DNA of 64,000 nt, taken from assembly GCF_006345805.1 (NCBI RefSeq), contig NC_043002.1:98518001-98582000 (forward strand). The letters run 5' to 3'. Shown here one piece after another: positions 1 to 12,623 of this stretch. The position numbers and the translations under genes were made by a program. Below the pieces are notes generated by a model. That model was not told the origin of the DNA, did not search any database, and was given only the letters and a program-made list of their open reading frames with translations. The DNA is from Octopus sinensis (taxonomy: Eukaryota). Every line of letters starts with the position of its first letter. The stretch's first letter is position 1.

Positions 1-31
1 GCACCAGTGGCAGTGTATGTGTGTAGGCCAT

Positions 32-270
32 GAAGCACATGGCCTAGTGGTTAGGCTGTTGCACTCATGATTGCTAGATCATGGATTCAATTCCCAGATG
101 GAGCAGTGTGTTGTGTTCTTGAGCAAACCACTTAATTTCACACTATCCCACAGGAGGGAATGTTGGCCTGCTGCTTCCAGTTGGGTAGCATCATTGGAAG
201 GTTAAAATGATGCAACGTGCATTGTGACCAGTGATGTGTAACAGCATCTGATACTCTGGCTGATCATGTG
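32..270 (+). mobile_element. Old tRNA-derived SINE (second copy at ~1929-2165)
   Basis: Box A/B-like TGGCCTAGTGGTTAGG...GGATTCAATTCCC followed by CORE-like GTGTTCTTGAGCAAACCACTT. Confidence 0.6.
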
Positions 271-487
271 AATGTATGCGTATGTGTATGTGTATAGATA
301 CACACATACTCATATACATATATACATACATAACTATATAATCATCATCATTATTTAATGTCCATCTTCCATGCTGGTATGGACTGGATGATTTGACAGG
401 AGCCAGACATGTAGAAGACTACATCAGCCTACATATACATACATATATATATATATATATATCTACATATATATATATATATATCAT

Positions 488-854
488 TATCAGAATGATA
501 ATGCACCAATTCACACTGTTAAAGTTATTACTGAATGTCACAAGGAACATTCTAGTGAAGTTAAACATCTTATCTGACCACCACAGTGCCCAGATCTCAA
601 TATTATTGAACATTTATGGTGCACTTTAGAAAAACAAGTAAGGAGTCGATATCTTCTATCATCATCACTACAAGAACTAGACACTGTTTTTGCTGAAGAA
701 TGGGCAAAAATTCCTTTGGAAACAATTCAAACTTTGTACGAGTCCATACTTCATAGAATTCAAGCTGTAATTACTGCCAAAGGTGGTCCTACCCCATATT
801 AAAATAGATTTCTTTGAAATTGTAAGGTGTTTCCATTATTTTGTCCAACCCCTG
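488..854 (+). mobile_element. Tc1/mariner transposon 3' remnant: transposase C-terminus (488-802, one in-frame stop) plus right TIR (824-854) and TA
   Basis: Frame from 488 reads YQNDNAPIHTVKVITECHKEHSSEVKHLI*PPQCPDLNIIEHLWCTLEKQ...RIQAVITAKGGPTPY*, matching Tc1 motifs QDNAP, WPxQSPDLNxIEHLW and RxQAVIxAKGGxTxY. TIR reverse complement is CAGGGGTTGGACAAAATAATGGAAACACCTT, followed by TA. Confidence 0.92.
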
Positions 855-1309
855 TACATACACGTACAAAATGTTGGTAAGTATTAAAGTTGAAGTTCTT
901 GAAAGATGTTATAATTCTTCAATTGAAGTTGCTATTCTTAAAATACACAAACATTTAAAGTTCCCTACTCCAGTTATGTCTGAAATTATGATATATGGTA
1001 TGGAGGGTGGTGTGAGGAAGAGGCTGGGAATGCTTCAGGAATTTATTTTAATAAGAATTCCTTTACATTTCTGTGTTTGTACTTGCTTATATGTATATAT
1101 CACTGTGTTTATATATATATATCCATATGTGAGATATATATATATCTATGAGGGTATGTGTGTGTGTGTGTGGGTGTGTGTATATATATATATATATGCA
1201 CACACACACACACACATATATATATATGCACACACACAGATATATATATAATATGCATATATATATGCACACACACAGATATATATATATATATATGCAT
1301 ATATATATG

Positions 1310-1340
<31 letters not shown>

Positions 1341-1408
1341 GCATATATACTCTTTCTTTTATACATTTTTATACATTTATATATATATATATAATATATA
1401 TATATATA

Positions 1409-1630
1409 TGTGTGTGTGTGTTTGTGTGTCTGTGTTTGTCCCCCTAGCACTGCTTGACAACCGATGCTGGTGTGTTTACATCCCCGTTACTTAGCGGTTC
1501 AGCAAAAGAGACCGATAGAATAAGTACTGGGCTTACGAAGAATAAGTCTCGGGGTCGATTTGATCGACTAAAGGCAGTGCTCCAGCATGGCCACAGTCAA
1601 ATGACTGAAACAAGTAAAAGAGTAAAAGAG
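1409..1630 (+). mobile_element. SINE family A, 3' half only
   Basis: GTGTTTGTCCCCCTAGCAC...GAAACAAGTAAAAGAGTAAAAGAG matches the 3' half of full copies at 16416 and 28370; it starts at the internal (TA)n(TG)n. Confidence 0.9.
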
Positions 1631-2387
1631 TATATAATTCATTAAGAATACAGGGCATCCGAGTGTGACTTCGAAGTTTATCAGCAATAATGTGTAAGCA
1701 TGTATGTATATGTAACTGTATATGTTGATATACATGTTTATTTAAAAAAACAGTCTGCTTCTTGTTTTGTTTATATATCCATCTGTCACTTAGCATATAT
1801 ATTCTTCACTCTGAATTATCATAAGGTATATATACAAGCAGATGTAAAAACGATGGTGGTAGCAGCTACGGATGTGGTAGTAGGATTGGTATTGGTGGCA
1901 CCAGTGGCAGTGTATGTGTGTAGGCCATGAAGCACATGGCCTAGTGGTTAGGCTGTTGCACTCATGATTGCTAGATCATGGATTCAATTCCCAGATGGAG
2001 CAGTGTGTGTGTTCTTGAGCAAACCACTTAATTTCACACTATCCCACAGGAGGGAATGTTGGCCTGCTGCTTCCAGTTGGGTAGCATCATTGGAAGGTTA
2101 AAATGATGCAACGTGCATTGTGACCAGTGATGTGTAACAGCATCTGATACTCTGGCTGATCATGTGAATGTATGCGTATGTGTATGTGTATAGATACACA
2201 CATACTCATATACATATATACATACATAACTATATAATCATCATCATCATTTAATGTCCATCTTCCATGCTGGTATGGACTGGATGATTTGACAGGAGCC
2301 AGACATGTAGAAGACTACATCAGCCTACATATACATACATATATATATATATATATATATCTACATATATATATATATATATAACAT

Positions 2388-2754
2388 TATCAGAATGATA
2401 ATGCACCAATTCACACTGTTAAAGTTATTACTGAATGTCACAAGGAACATTCTAGTGAAGTTAAACATCTTATCTGACCACCACAGTGCCCAGATCTCAA
2501 TATTATTGAACATTTATGGTGCACTTTAGAAAAACAAGTAAGGAGTCGATATCTTCTATCATCATCACTACAAGAACTAGACACTGTTTTTGCTGAAGAA
2601 TGGGCAAAAATTCCTTTGGAAACAATTCAAACTTTGTACGAGTCCATACTTCATAGAATTCAAGCTGTAATTACTGCCAAAGGTGGTCCTACCCCATATT
2701 AAAATAGATTTCTTTGAAATTGTAAGGTGTTTCCATTATTTTGTCCAACCCCTG
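2388..2754 (+). mobile_element. Duplicate of the Tc1 transposase remnant and TIR
   Basis: Near-identical to 488-854 at offset 1900. Confidence 0.92.
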
Positions 2755-3208
2755 TACATACACGTACAAAATGTTGGTAAGTATTAAAGTTGAAGTTCTT
2801 GAAAGATGTTATAATTCTTCAATTGAAGTTGCTATTCTTAAAATACACAAACATTTAAAGTTCCCTACTCCAGTTATGTCTGAAATTATGATATATGGTA
2901 TGGAGGGTGGTGTGAGGAAGAGGCTGGGAATGCTTCAGGAATTTATTTTAATAAGAATTCCTTTACATTTCTGTGTTTGTGCTTGCTTATATGTATATAT
3001 CACTGTGTTTATATATATATATATCCATATGTGAGATATATATATATCTATGAGGGTATGTGTGTGTGTGTGGGTGTGTGTATATATATATATATATGCA
3101 CACACACACACACACATATATATATATGCACACACACAGATATATATATATATATGCATATATATATGCACACACACAGATATATATATATATATGCATA
3201 TATATATG

Positions 3209-3241
<33 letters not shown>

Positions 3242-3278
3242 GCATATATACTCTTTCTTTTATACATTTTTATACATT

Positions 3279-3310
<32 letters not shown>

Positions 3311-3315
3311 CATAC

Positions 3316-3544
3316 AGTTATGTATGTATATATGTATATGAGTATGTGTGTATCTATACACATACACATACGCATACATTCACATGATCAGCCAGAGTAT
3401 CAGATGCTGTTACACATCACTGGTCACAATGCACGTTGCATCATTTTAACCTTCCAATGATGCTACCCAACTGGAAGCAGCAGGCCAACATTCCCTCCTG
3501 TGGGATAGTGTGAAATTAAGTGGATTGCTCAAGAACACAACACA
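3316..3544 (-). repeat. Inverted copy of 107-335
   Basis: 3316-3544 is the reverse complement of 107-335 (229 bp, one mismatch seen) and also pairs with ~2004-2232. Confidence 0.95.
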
Positions 3545-3557
3545 TATATATATATAC

Positions 3558-3605
<48 letters not shown>

Positions 3606-3610
<5 letters not shown>

Positions 3611-3777
3611 ATCCAAACAAAAAAACACAACGCGAGGATGTCGAACAAATATAGTATTATTGGACGCTCAGGGAAGAAGGAGGGTTTAACGTTTCGAGCA
3701 GAGCTCTTCGTCGGAAACATAGGAGAAGGAAAGATCCCGAGAAGGGAAGACAGAGGAAAAAATATCGCCAGCGGTAC
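3606..3777 (-). mobile_element. Penelope-like element terminal fragment carrying a minimal hammerhead-ribozyme motif
   Basis: Minus strand 3718->3684 reads GTTT-CCGACGA-A-GAGC-TCT-GCTC-GAAAC-GTT-AAAC. The segment is CpG-rich, unlike its flanks, and bounded by (TA)n on both sides. The Penelope assignment is inferred from the known PLE-hammerhead association. Confidence 0.55.
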
Positions 3778-4279
3778 TATATATATACGTACACACACAC
3801 ATACCAATATGGGGTAGTGGAGTGTGTGTTTCTTTTTCTTTTTGATAGTTGTAAAATGATTGTCACTGTCATTTATGTGCAATATTCTGTGAGATCATGT
3901 CTAGCCATCTGGCCATAGAAAATCTGCTTCAATAAAACTTTGTACAACTCATGCTAGCATAGAGAAGTGAATATTAAAATGATGATGATGAAGATATATA
4001 TATACACACACACTCACATATGCACACTATTACATATACTGCATATTCGTACAGACATGTATATATATGGAAGTGTAAATTGACATGTATGAGATTAAAG
4101 TAAATAGTTTTAGGTTTCTGACCCTGTAATTCCATTTGATGTCTTGACTCTCTTCTTTGTTGGTTCCAATAACTATGCTATGACTATGTAAGGCTACTGG
4201 TAGGTATACAAATATGTATATACTTAGCATGTATATATTTATATCGGTGTGTTTATATGTATGTGTAGATGTGTATATA

Positions 4280-4612
4280 CTCTTTTACTCTTTTACTTGT
4301 TTCAGTCGTTTAACTGTGGCCATGCTGGAGCACCGCCTTTAGTCGAGCAAATCAACCCCGGGACTTATTCTTTGTAAGCCCAGTACTTATTTTATCGGTC
4401 TCTTTTGCCGAACCGCTAAGTGACGGGGACGTAAATACACCAGCATCGGTTGTCAAGCAATGCTAGACAAACATATACACACACATACACACATATATAT
4501 ATACATATATACATATATACGACAGGCTTCTTTCAGTTTCCGTCTATCAAATCCACTCACAAGGCATTGGTCGGCCCGGAGCTATAGCAGAAGACACTTG
4601 CCCAAGATGCCG
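4280..4612 (-). mobile_element. SINE family A, 5'-truncated
   Basis: Reverse complement of the family A body and (GAGTAAAA)n tail. Confidence 0.9.
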
Positions 4613-4953
4613 TAGATGCATATATAATAATGGTTTCAAATTTTGGCACAAGACCATCAATTTTAGGAGAAGAGGCAAATCGGTTATATCAAAACCCCAC
4701 CCACCCCAGTGTTCAACTGGTGCTTAATTTATTGACTGTCCCACAGTAGTATAGATTAATGTTAATTTTGTGAATAATTGAGTATAGGTATTGTAGGTAG
4801 GGGTTATCTAGATTTGAAAAGAATATGTTAACACAAAGCTATAGTAGAATACAGGGATTGAGGTTTTGAACTTTTAACGAAGAAAACTTTCAATGGGGAA
4901 TAAAGTCATTTATTCAAATTTTGAAAGCAGGAAATATAAATATAAATATGTAA

Positions 4954-4996
<43 letters not shown>

Positions 4997-5263
4997 TGTA
5001 TGTTTGTATATATATATATATATATATAAATATAATATATGTATATATGAGTGTATGTATATATGTATATGTATGGGTATGTATACATATATATAAATAT
5101 ATATATGTGCATGCATATATGTATAAATATATATATGTGTATACGTATGTATATGTATGCATATATATATATATATGCATATGTATATGTGTGCATACAT
5201 ATGTATGCATATGTTTGGATATATATACTTATGTGTGTGTATGTGTATACATGTATATATGTG

Positions 5264-5312
<49 letters not shown>

Positions 5313-5619
5313 TACATACATATATACACACACACATATGCATATATATATGTGTGCGTGTGTGTGTGTGTGTATATATGTATATATATGTATGAGTATG
5401 TATATATATATACCTCCGTATGTTCTTTGAAATAAACATGAAAGAACACTAAACAAATAATCACAACGATAATTGCAAAAATAAATAATAGCATCTTAGA
5501 GTGTGATGAAGTGCAAAGAATTGAAATGGGTCGAAAAGATCAATTTGTGGGTTAGAACATTGTAAAGGAATCAACTATTAGAGATGTAAGTTGTGGTGTT
5601 GAAGATGATGAAAAATTTC

Positions 5620-6150
5620 AAATAACAAAACAATAGAAATGAGAAGAAAATGAAATCAAAATTTGTGAATGTAGACAGGTGATGGAGGACAATAGAGAGT
5701 GTTAGTGTGATAGGAGGAGAGGAATGAGTAATGTGTTTGATTGAGAAAGAGTGGGGGGAGCAGTGGTGGTTGGAGTGTATGTGAAAAAGTGTGTGGAGAA
5801 AAAGATAGTAAAATAAGCAGCAAATGAATGTAGAGTATAAAAGATAGAATGAATGAAGTGTAGGAATATATGAAGAGAAGTGATGGAGGGAAAGAGAAAG
5901 AGAAAGAAACTGACTGGAAGAAATAAAGAGAGAAAGAGAGAGAGAGAGAAAGGGGAAGTAAAGTGTAAAAGATAGGAAAAAGAAAAGATGATGGAAAGAG
6001 TGAAAAGATGGCAGGAAGATTAAAAAGGGAGGCGGAAAAAAAGAAAGAAAGAAAATATATTTGCATCATTTTGATCAAGGGAGGGGGTGATTTATAGGGA
6101 GAAGTGGGTAAGCATGATGTGAGAGAGAGAGAATAAGAGAAAATGAGAAT
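5620..6150. repeat. Purine-rich (GA/GAA) low-complexity tract
   Basis: Strong A/G skew on + with (GA)n runs; explains ORF 5656-6078. Confidence 0.8.
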
Positions 6151-7145
6151 ACAGAGAATAACAAATTTGAATCAAGGTGTATGTTGTTTTTGTGCCCCAA
6201 ATTGTCTTTGATTGAGTAGACTTAGGATCAAAGGACACTTTAATCATGACCTTACTATCTTTTTTTCTCCTCCTCCTCCCCAACGCAATAATGTACCTTA
6301 GACTACATTAGGTACTGCTTTGGGTTTTTTTAAATCCTTACTGTGCAGAAACTGAATACAATCAGTTTCTATTCTTAAGACACAGAAACTAAAGTTAACT
6401 CATTTTTGATATGGGATACTTTTCAGATTTCTCCTCATTCCATATGATGTAGCATACATATTTTATTTTCACCGGACAACAATCAGAAGTGTTGCAAGAA
6501 CTTGACATCACCAGCTAAAATTTGTATCAGTGCAGTGAAGGTTAAGATTCAGGTTGTATTTTCAAAGGAGATTTGGTTGCTATTTCTAGCAGGCTGAAGG
6601 ATTGAAGGCCCACAAAGTGACTCCCATTGGTTTAAAAACTATGTTCTAAATGGTATATAGGTGGTGTGTGTGTGTGTGTGCGTGCATTTGTGAATGTGTA
6701 TATATGTATATACTCACGCTTGCATGTGTTAAACATAGTAACTGGTTAGATGACTGACCTTACGCATGGAATTCATTCTGGGAAAGAAATGATGAGAATT
6801 TCGTATGAAACAAATACCTAGACATGCTTGTATGCATGTGCACACATAGATTCACATATTCATTCATACCTGCATATCCAAATACAAATGTGCATTGACA
6901 ATTGCATAAAGATTAACAGATGTTAATTTCCATATGCAAACATGTGCAAATATATTCATAGATGCATCTGAAAAAATAATATGCTCCCACAAACACACGA
7001 GTGCAAACATTGCTATGTAGTAAAGAAGCTTGCTTTGCAGTTGCATAGCTTCTAGTTTGATTCTCATTGTGGTACTCTGAACATTTATCATAACCTTGAG
7101 TTGTGAAATACTTTGTGAGTGAAACTCGGTTGATAGAAACTGTGT

Positions 7146-7804
7146 GGCGAGCTGGTAGAAACGTTAACACACCAGGCGAAATGCTTAGTGGTATTTCGCT
7201 TATCTTTACGTTCTGAGTTCAAATTCCGCCGAGGTCAACTTTGCTTTTCATCCTTTTGAGGTCGATTACATAAGTACCAGTTACACACTGGGGGCGATGT
7301 AATCGACTTAATCCCTTTGTCTGTCCTTGTTTTTCCTCTCTATGTTTAACCCCTTGTGGGCAATAAAGAAATAAGAAATGTTAGCATCCTGGCGAAATGC
7401 TTAGTGGTATTTCGCTTATCTTTACGTTCTGAGTTCAAATTCCGCCGAGGTCAACTTTGCTTTTCATCCTTTTGAGGTCGATTACATAAGTACCAGTTAC
7501 ACACTGGGGGCGATGTAATCGACTTAATCCCTTTGTCTGTCCTTGTTTTTCCTCTCTATGTTTAACCCCTTGTGGGCAATAAAGAAATAAGAAATGTTAG
7601 CATGCTGGGTGAAATCTTAGCGGCATTTTTCGTCTGTCTTTACGTTCTGAGTTCAAATTCCGCCGAGGTCGACTTTGGCTTTCATCCTTTCAAGGTCGAT
7701 TAAATAAGTACCAGTTATGCACTGGGGTTGATATAATCGACTTAATCTGTTTGTCCTTGTTTGTCCCCTCTGTGTGTAGCCCCTTGTGGGCAGTAAAGAA
7801 ATAA
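7146..7804 (+). mobile_element. Three head-to-tail copies of SINE family M (MetaSINE-like)
   Basis: Three ~213-bp units, each with GAGTTCAAATTCCGCCGAGGTC(A/G)ACTTTG(C/G)CTTT(T)CATCC...AAAGAAATAAG; flanked by AGAAACTGT(G/A)TGG at 7135-7147 and 7804-7816. The MetaSINE label is from recalled domain similarity. Confidence 0.88.
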
Positions 7805-8917
7805 GAAACTGTATGGAAGTTTGTTATATGTGATTGTGTGAATGTTTGCATGTAATGGCAGGTGAGAGTTCCCTAATTTCTTGCTGAACAACCTGCACAG
7901 GTGATCTGTTCATCGTGGTCAAATGTTTGCACTGTACATATTAGTTCACTCCTTCCAACAAGTTGACATTTCTTGTACAGGTACTTGTGCTTCATGTCAG
8001 TTGTTGAAGTCCCCACAAAGCAACATGAGATGGAATGTTTTATTCAAGAACACAATGCACCACCCAGTAAGGAATTGAAACCATGATCTTGTGATTGCGA
8101 GTGCAACACTCTAACCACTTAGCCATGCACCTTCATCTTTTAAAAATGTTTTTATGTGTTTGCATGTATGTATATGTATATTTTTCATCAATATGTATTG
8201 TTGAAGGATATAAACATCAGCTAAAGCCAAAAAATTAAAAAAAAGAATTTTTTAAATAAAGTCCTTTGTGATATTTTTTCTGCATTTAGTTGCTGGCACT
8301 CCCTTGTTACTTTTGCCAATAGAAATGCAGTGAAGCAGTGGGTGGTCTGCTGAAAACCTGAAACTCACGACTCTATTGCTTACTAGTTCTGATTATAAAA
8401 TAAATAAATACATGCACACAAGCACACTTATTTGTTCTAATACAGACAAGATATTATTTCCAAACAAATTGAGAACATCTACCGAAATACAAAGCATAAG
8501 AATTAAGGCAAAATAAAAAAGCACATTCATGTAGTAAAAAAACTTTTAATTCTGATTAGTTTAAAATTCATACTCTTCTGCTGTTTCTTTTGTATCAAAC
8601 TATTTCATATTTTATTCTTAGTTTAGATTATTTTTTATTTTCTATCTTTTTTTAAATTTTTACTTCATCTATTCGCCTTTCTTTTCCACCATTCATGTTT
8701 TCTGATCATCAATCTCTTTTACTGTTTTAAGCAGCTGCTTGCTATATTAAGGGCATGTTTCTCTTGATGAATGTATGTATACATCTGTGTGTATTTATGT
8801 ATGTATTTTCATGTGTGTGTGAGTATATGTGCAATGTGTGCATATATTTAAGTAATTGCATGTGGATATGTATACAATCATAAGGATAGTGTATTTGTGT
8901 GTGTATGTGTGTGTATG

Positions 8918-8957
<40 letters not shown>

Positions 8958-9114
8958 AGTAGTTGAATGAATTATCTTATTAAGGATAATTCGAATTAAC
9001 CGATACCTGGGTAGCAAATTCACATCAGAAAAAACATGGTTGAAGTTACGTGCCTAGGGCATGGATTACGTGCTTTCGTGTGGAAATTTGTATGTTTATT
9101 TAAAAAAAAAATAT

Positions 9115-9156
<42 letters not shown>

Positions 9157-9159
9157 AAA

Positions 9160-9418
9160 TAAATAAATAAATGTACCCTTTTAAAGCCTAGACAGCTTCA
9201 TGGGCCTGGTTTCCTGGGTTTCTATGGCGTATGTGTTCCCCAGCTGGACGGGACGCCAGTCCATCGCAGCGTTACTCATTTTTGCCAGCTGAGTGGACTG
9301 GAGCAACGTGAAATGAAGTGTTTTGCTCAAGGACACAACACGTCGCCCACTCCAGGAATTGAAACCACAATCTTACAATCCTGATGCTGACATGCTAACC
9401 ACTGAGCCACATGCCTCC
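9160..9418 (-). mobile_element. tRNA-derived SINE family C (CORE-like body, V-like GCGATGGACTGGCGTCCCGTCCAG domain)
   Basis: Minus strand starts GGAGGCATGTGGCTCAGTGGTTAG...GGTTTCAATTCC (pol III boxes) and ends in an A/T-rich tail. Confidence 0.8.
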
Positions 9419-9617
9419 CACATATATATCTATATATATTATATTTCAGGGTGGTCATTTTTTTTCCAAATAAACATGTGCACTATATATTCGTCCTTCA
9501 CTTCAGCTTTATCATTGTTCTTATTTTATGTCCTTTGTCTGAAAATCTTTCATCACACATCCTGTGACCTCTTCAGCAACTCTCTGTTCCAAGTGTCTCC
9601 TCCTACATATATATGTG

Positions 9618-9651
<34 letters not shown>

Positions 9652-9717
9652 CGTGCATATATAGCTATAGATAAGTATGATTCAGGGATTCAAATGTAGG
9701 AAGTTAGCAAGCATTTA

Positions 9718-9932
9718 TGCAGCTAGCAGAAATGTTAGAAATGCCTAGTGTTATTTCATCTGCCAATGCATTCCAAGTTCAAATTCTGCAGAGGTCGACT
9801 TTGCCTTTCATCCTTTCGGGGTCGGTTAAATAAGTGCAAGTTAATCACTGGGGTCGATGTCATCGACTTAATCCCCTCGTCTGTCCTTGTTTGTCCCCTC
9901 TATGTTTAGCCCCTGTAGGCAATAAAGAAATA
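9718..9932 (+). mobile_element. SINE family M copy
   Basis: GAGGTCGACTTTGCCTTTCATCCTTTCGGGGTCG...CAATAAAGAAATAA. Confidence 0.85.
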
Positions 9933-10316
9933 AAACACAAAGGTGAACCATTAAATGATAAAACAAGTTTATTAACATTGTTCATTGCACACTCACCCTA
10001 TACCAACCAAGTATCAAATGTAGTAATAAATTGCGATAATATGCAAACATGAAAACGCCACACACACACACACACACACTCTCTCTCTCTCTCTCTTTAA
10101 AGCATATGTGTTGGCCGGTTGAGAGGGATTTATGTCGTACTGATTTAAATCTGCAGAAATGAGTTTAAAAACGAAAGCTTATAATTACTAAAAGACATGG
10201 TGTATGGAAGTCATGTTGTACCAATGTTTCTGATTCCATGTTTAGTGACTTTGAAGTTAAAACGTATCACCTGTTTTAACTGACTGAAACAATTTAGCTG
10301 TGTAATATTGTGTTCA

Positions 10317-10754
10317 AGTAAAAAACACCATCCGAGCGTGGCCGTTCGCCAGCCTTGTCTGGCACCTGTGTCTGTGGCATGTAAAAAAAAACACCATCCA
10401 AGCGTGGCCGTTCGCCAGCCTCGTCTGGCACCTGTGTCCGTGGCATGTAAAAAAAATCACCATCCGAGCGTGGCTGTTCGCCAGCCTCGTCTGGCACCTG
10501 TGTCAGTGGCACATAAAAAACACCATCCAAGCGTGGCCATTCGCCAGCCTCGTCTGGCACCTGTGTCAGTGGCACATAAAAAGCACCCACTACACTCACG
10601 GACTGGTTGGCATTAGGAAGGGTATCCAGCTGTAGAAACACTGCCAGATCTGACTGGCCTGGTGCAGCCTTCGGGCTTCCCAGACCCCAGTTGAACCGTC
10701 CAACCCATGCTAGCATGGAAAGCAGACGTTAAACGATGATGATGATGATGATGA
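10317..10754 (+). mobile_element. RTE-tail element (family R) with ~4 internal 60-62 bp tandem units and a (GAT)n tail
   Basis: Shares GGTTGGCATTAGGAAGGGTATCCAGC...CCATGCTAGCATGGAAAGCAGACGTTAAAC(GAT)n with the RTE LINE 3' UTR at 41100-41275. Confidence 0.88.
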
Positions 10755-12561
10755 TTATTGAGTTACATATACTTCCCTGTTATCATAGACAATGTTGGTA
10801 CCAAGGAAATAGTAGATGAAGGAAGAGATACTTAAAATTGCTATCAGAAGGAAGGAAATCAAGTGGGTTGGTTAGTATTGAAACAGGGGATAATTAGCCA
10901 GTAGTGGTAGCAAAGATGCCAGCTGCAATATCTGTTTTCTTTTATTTGTTTCTGTAGTTGGACCATGACCTTGCTGGGGCACTGCCTTGAAGAGTTTAAT
11001 TGAAGAATTTGACCATTGTACTTATTTTTAAGCCTGGTACCTTAGACTACAATAGGTACCGCTATCAGTTTTGCTAAACTGCCAAGTTATGGGATTGTAA
11101 ACAAACCAACACCAGTTGTCAAGTGACTGTAGTGGTGGACAAACACCACAGAAACACAAAGGAACACACACACACACACATGACAGATCTCATTGAGTTT
11201 CTATCTGCTAAATACACTCACAAGACACTGGACAGTTCAGAGCTATAACAGAAAGCCCTTTCCAGAAACTGAATCCTGAACCATGTTGTTTGGAAGCAAG
11301 CTTCTTAATCACATAGCCACATGTGTTACAATACTAGCTATAATACTGTATATAGGGCCATCTTTGATGGCAAAAAAAAAAAAAAAAAAAGAGCCATGGC
11401 ACAAGAACACTAAAACCTAAACAGAATTTCCCTTTCAGCCACAGTAATCAGGTTTGCCTTTCTCATGTAGGCTTAAATAAGCCACCAGCAAGCCAACAAG
11501 GACAGCCCTCTTCTAGCTTCATTCTTAATTTGCAGAGTTAAGCCAATGAGCACATGAGATGGCAAACATGGTATGGAGTAGTGGAACTGGCTGGAGATGA
11601 AGGCTTCTTTACATGATGTAAGGTGTGAGAGGATTATGTTAAGGAGTATGAGAAAACTAGATGTGGTATTAGAATAATGGTGAGAATTTTGGTGATGTCA
11701 GCAATATCAAGGATGTTAGTGGTTTGTTATTATTGCTCTTGTTTAGCTCCAGATTAACCCTTATTGAACTAACTCCTATAATCAAAGCATTCCAACCATG
11801 ATCACCCCATCTTCCTAGACTACATATTCCCATAGTTATTTTTGATAAAAGGATAGCAGTTGGTCGAGAGATGTTTAGCTGTTATTTCAAATTGGCTAAC
11901 CTATCATGTAAAAACTCCCGTTTGTATGGTAGGTAGCATGTAGTTTGAGGGAGATGTGGCTGCTATTTTAAGCTGGTCTGCTGTCTACGTAGAGGCTCCC
12001 TCAGCAGCTCGTGGCTTGTGGTGGTAGGCAAGGTGGGAAGATGGTTTAGTTCCACTAACTTCAACAGATCATTAGAGATTACTTAAAAACGAAGGCCTGG
12101 AATTACTCACACTGCATACTTTGTTTATACAGCACCTTCAATCATCATTAGAGGGAGAGAGAGAGAGGGGGGGGAGATTGATTTGAACTTGGACTATTTG
12201 GGGGACATAAAGAAAAATGAGGTTAATAATATGTTGCTTAATAACTTCAGACAGTTACCACTTCAGGGGGTTTACAGGATTTTTTTTTGTCTTTGAAGGG
12301 GTGGAGGGCAACATCTATGTATGTATGCCAGTTATATTTTATTTTTATTGTTGCTGTTGTTAATATTGATGATGTGTGCACTTAGTTACATGCAGGTGCA
12401 TTCTTGCTGTGTTGTATATTTAGCAGTTCTGTATAAATCACTGACTCTGTGTGTGTATGTGTATGTGTGTATGTGTGTGTGTGTGTGAGTGTGTATGTGC
12501 ATGTACAGAAGTGTATATGAGGAGATGAATGGGCATGATCTGTTTATATGATCTGCAGGTT

Positions 12562-12623
<62 letters not shown>

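Larger units (their letters stand above)
1..3285 (+). repeat. ~1.9 kb direct tandem duplication (1-~1380 repeated at 1898-~3285)
   Basis: GCACCAGTGGCAGTGTATG at 1 and 1898; transposase CAGAATGATAAT at 491 and 2391; TIR ends at 854 and 2754. The copies differ mainly in microsatellite lengths and single indels. Confidence 0.95.

Noticed and set aside
841-1251. ORF MSNPCTYTYK... (136 aa; copy at 2741)
   Set aside because: It starts at a TTG inside the Tc1 TIR and runs into microsatellite; no protein features.
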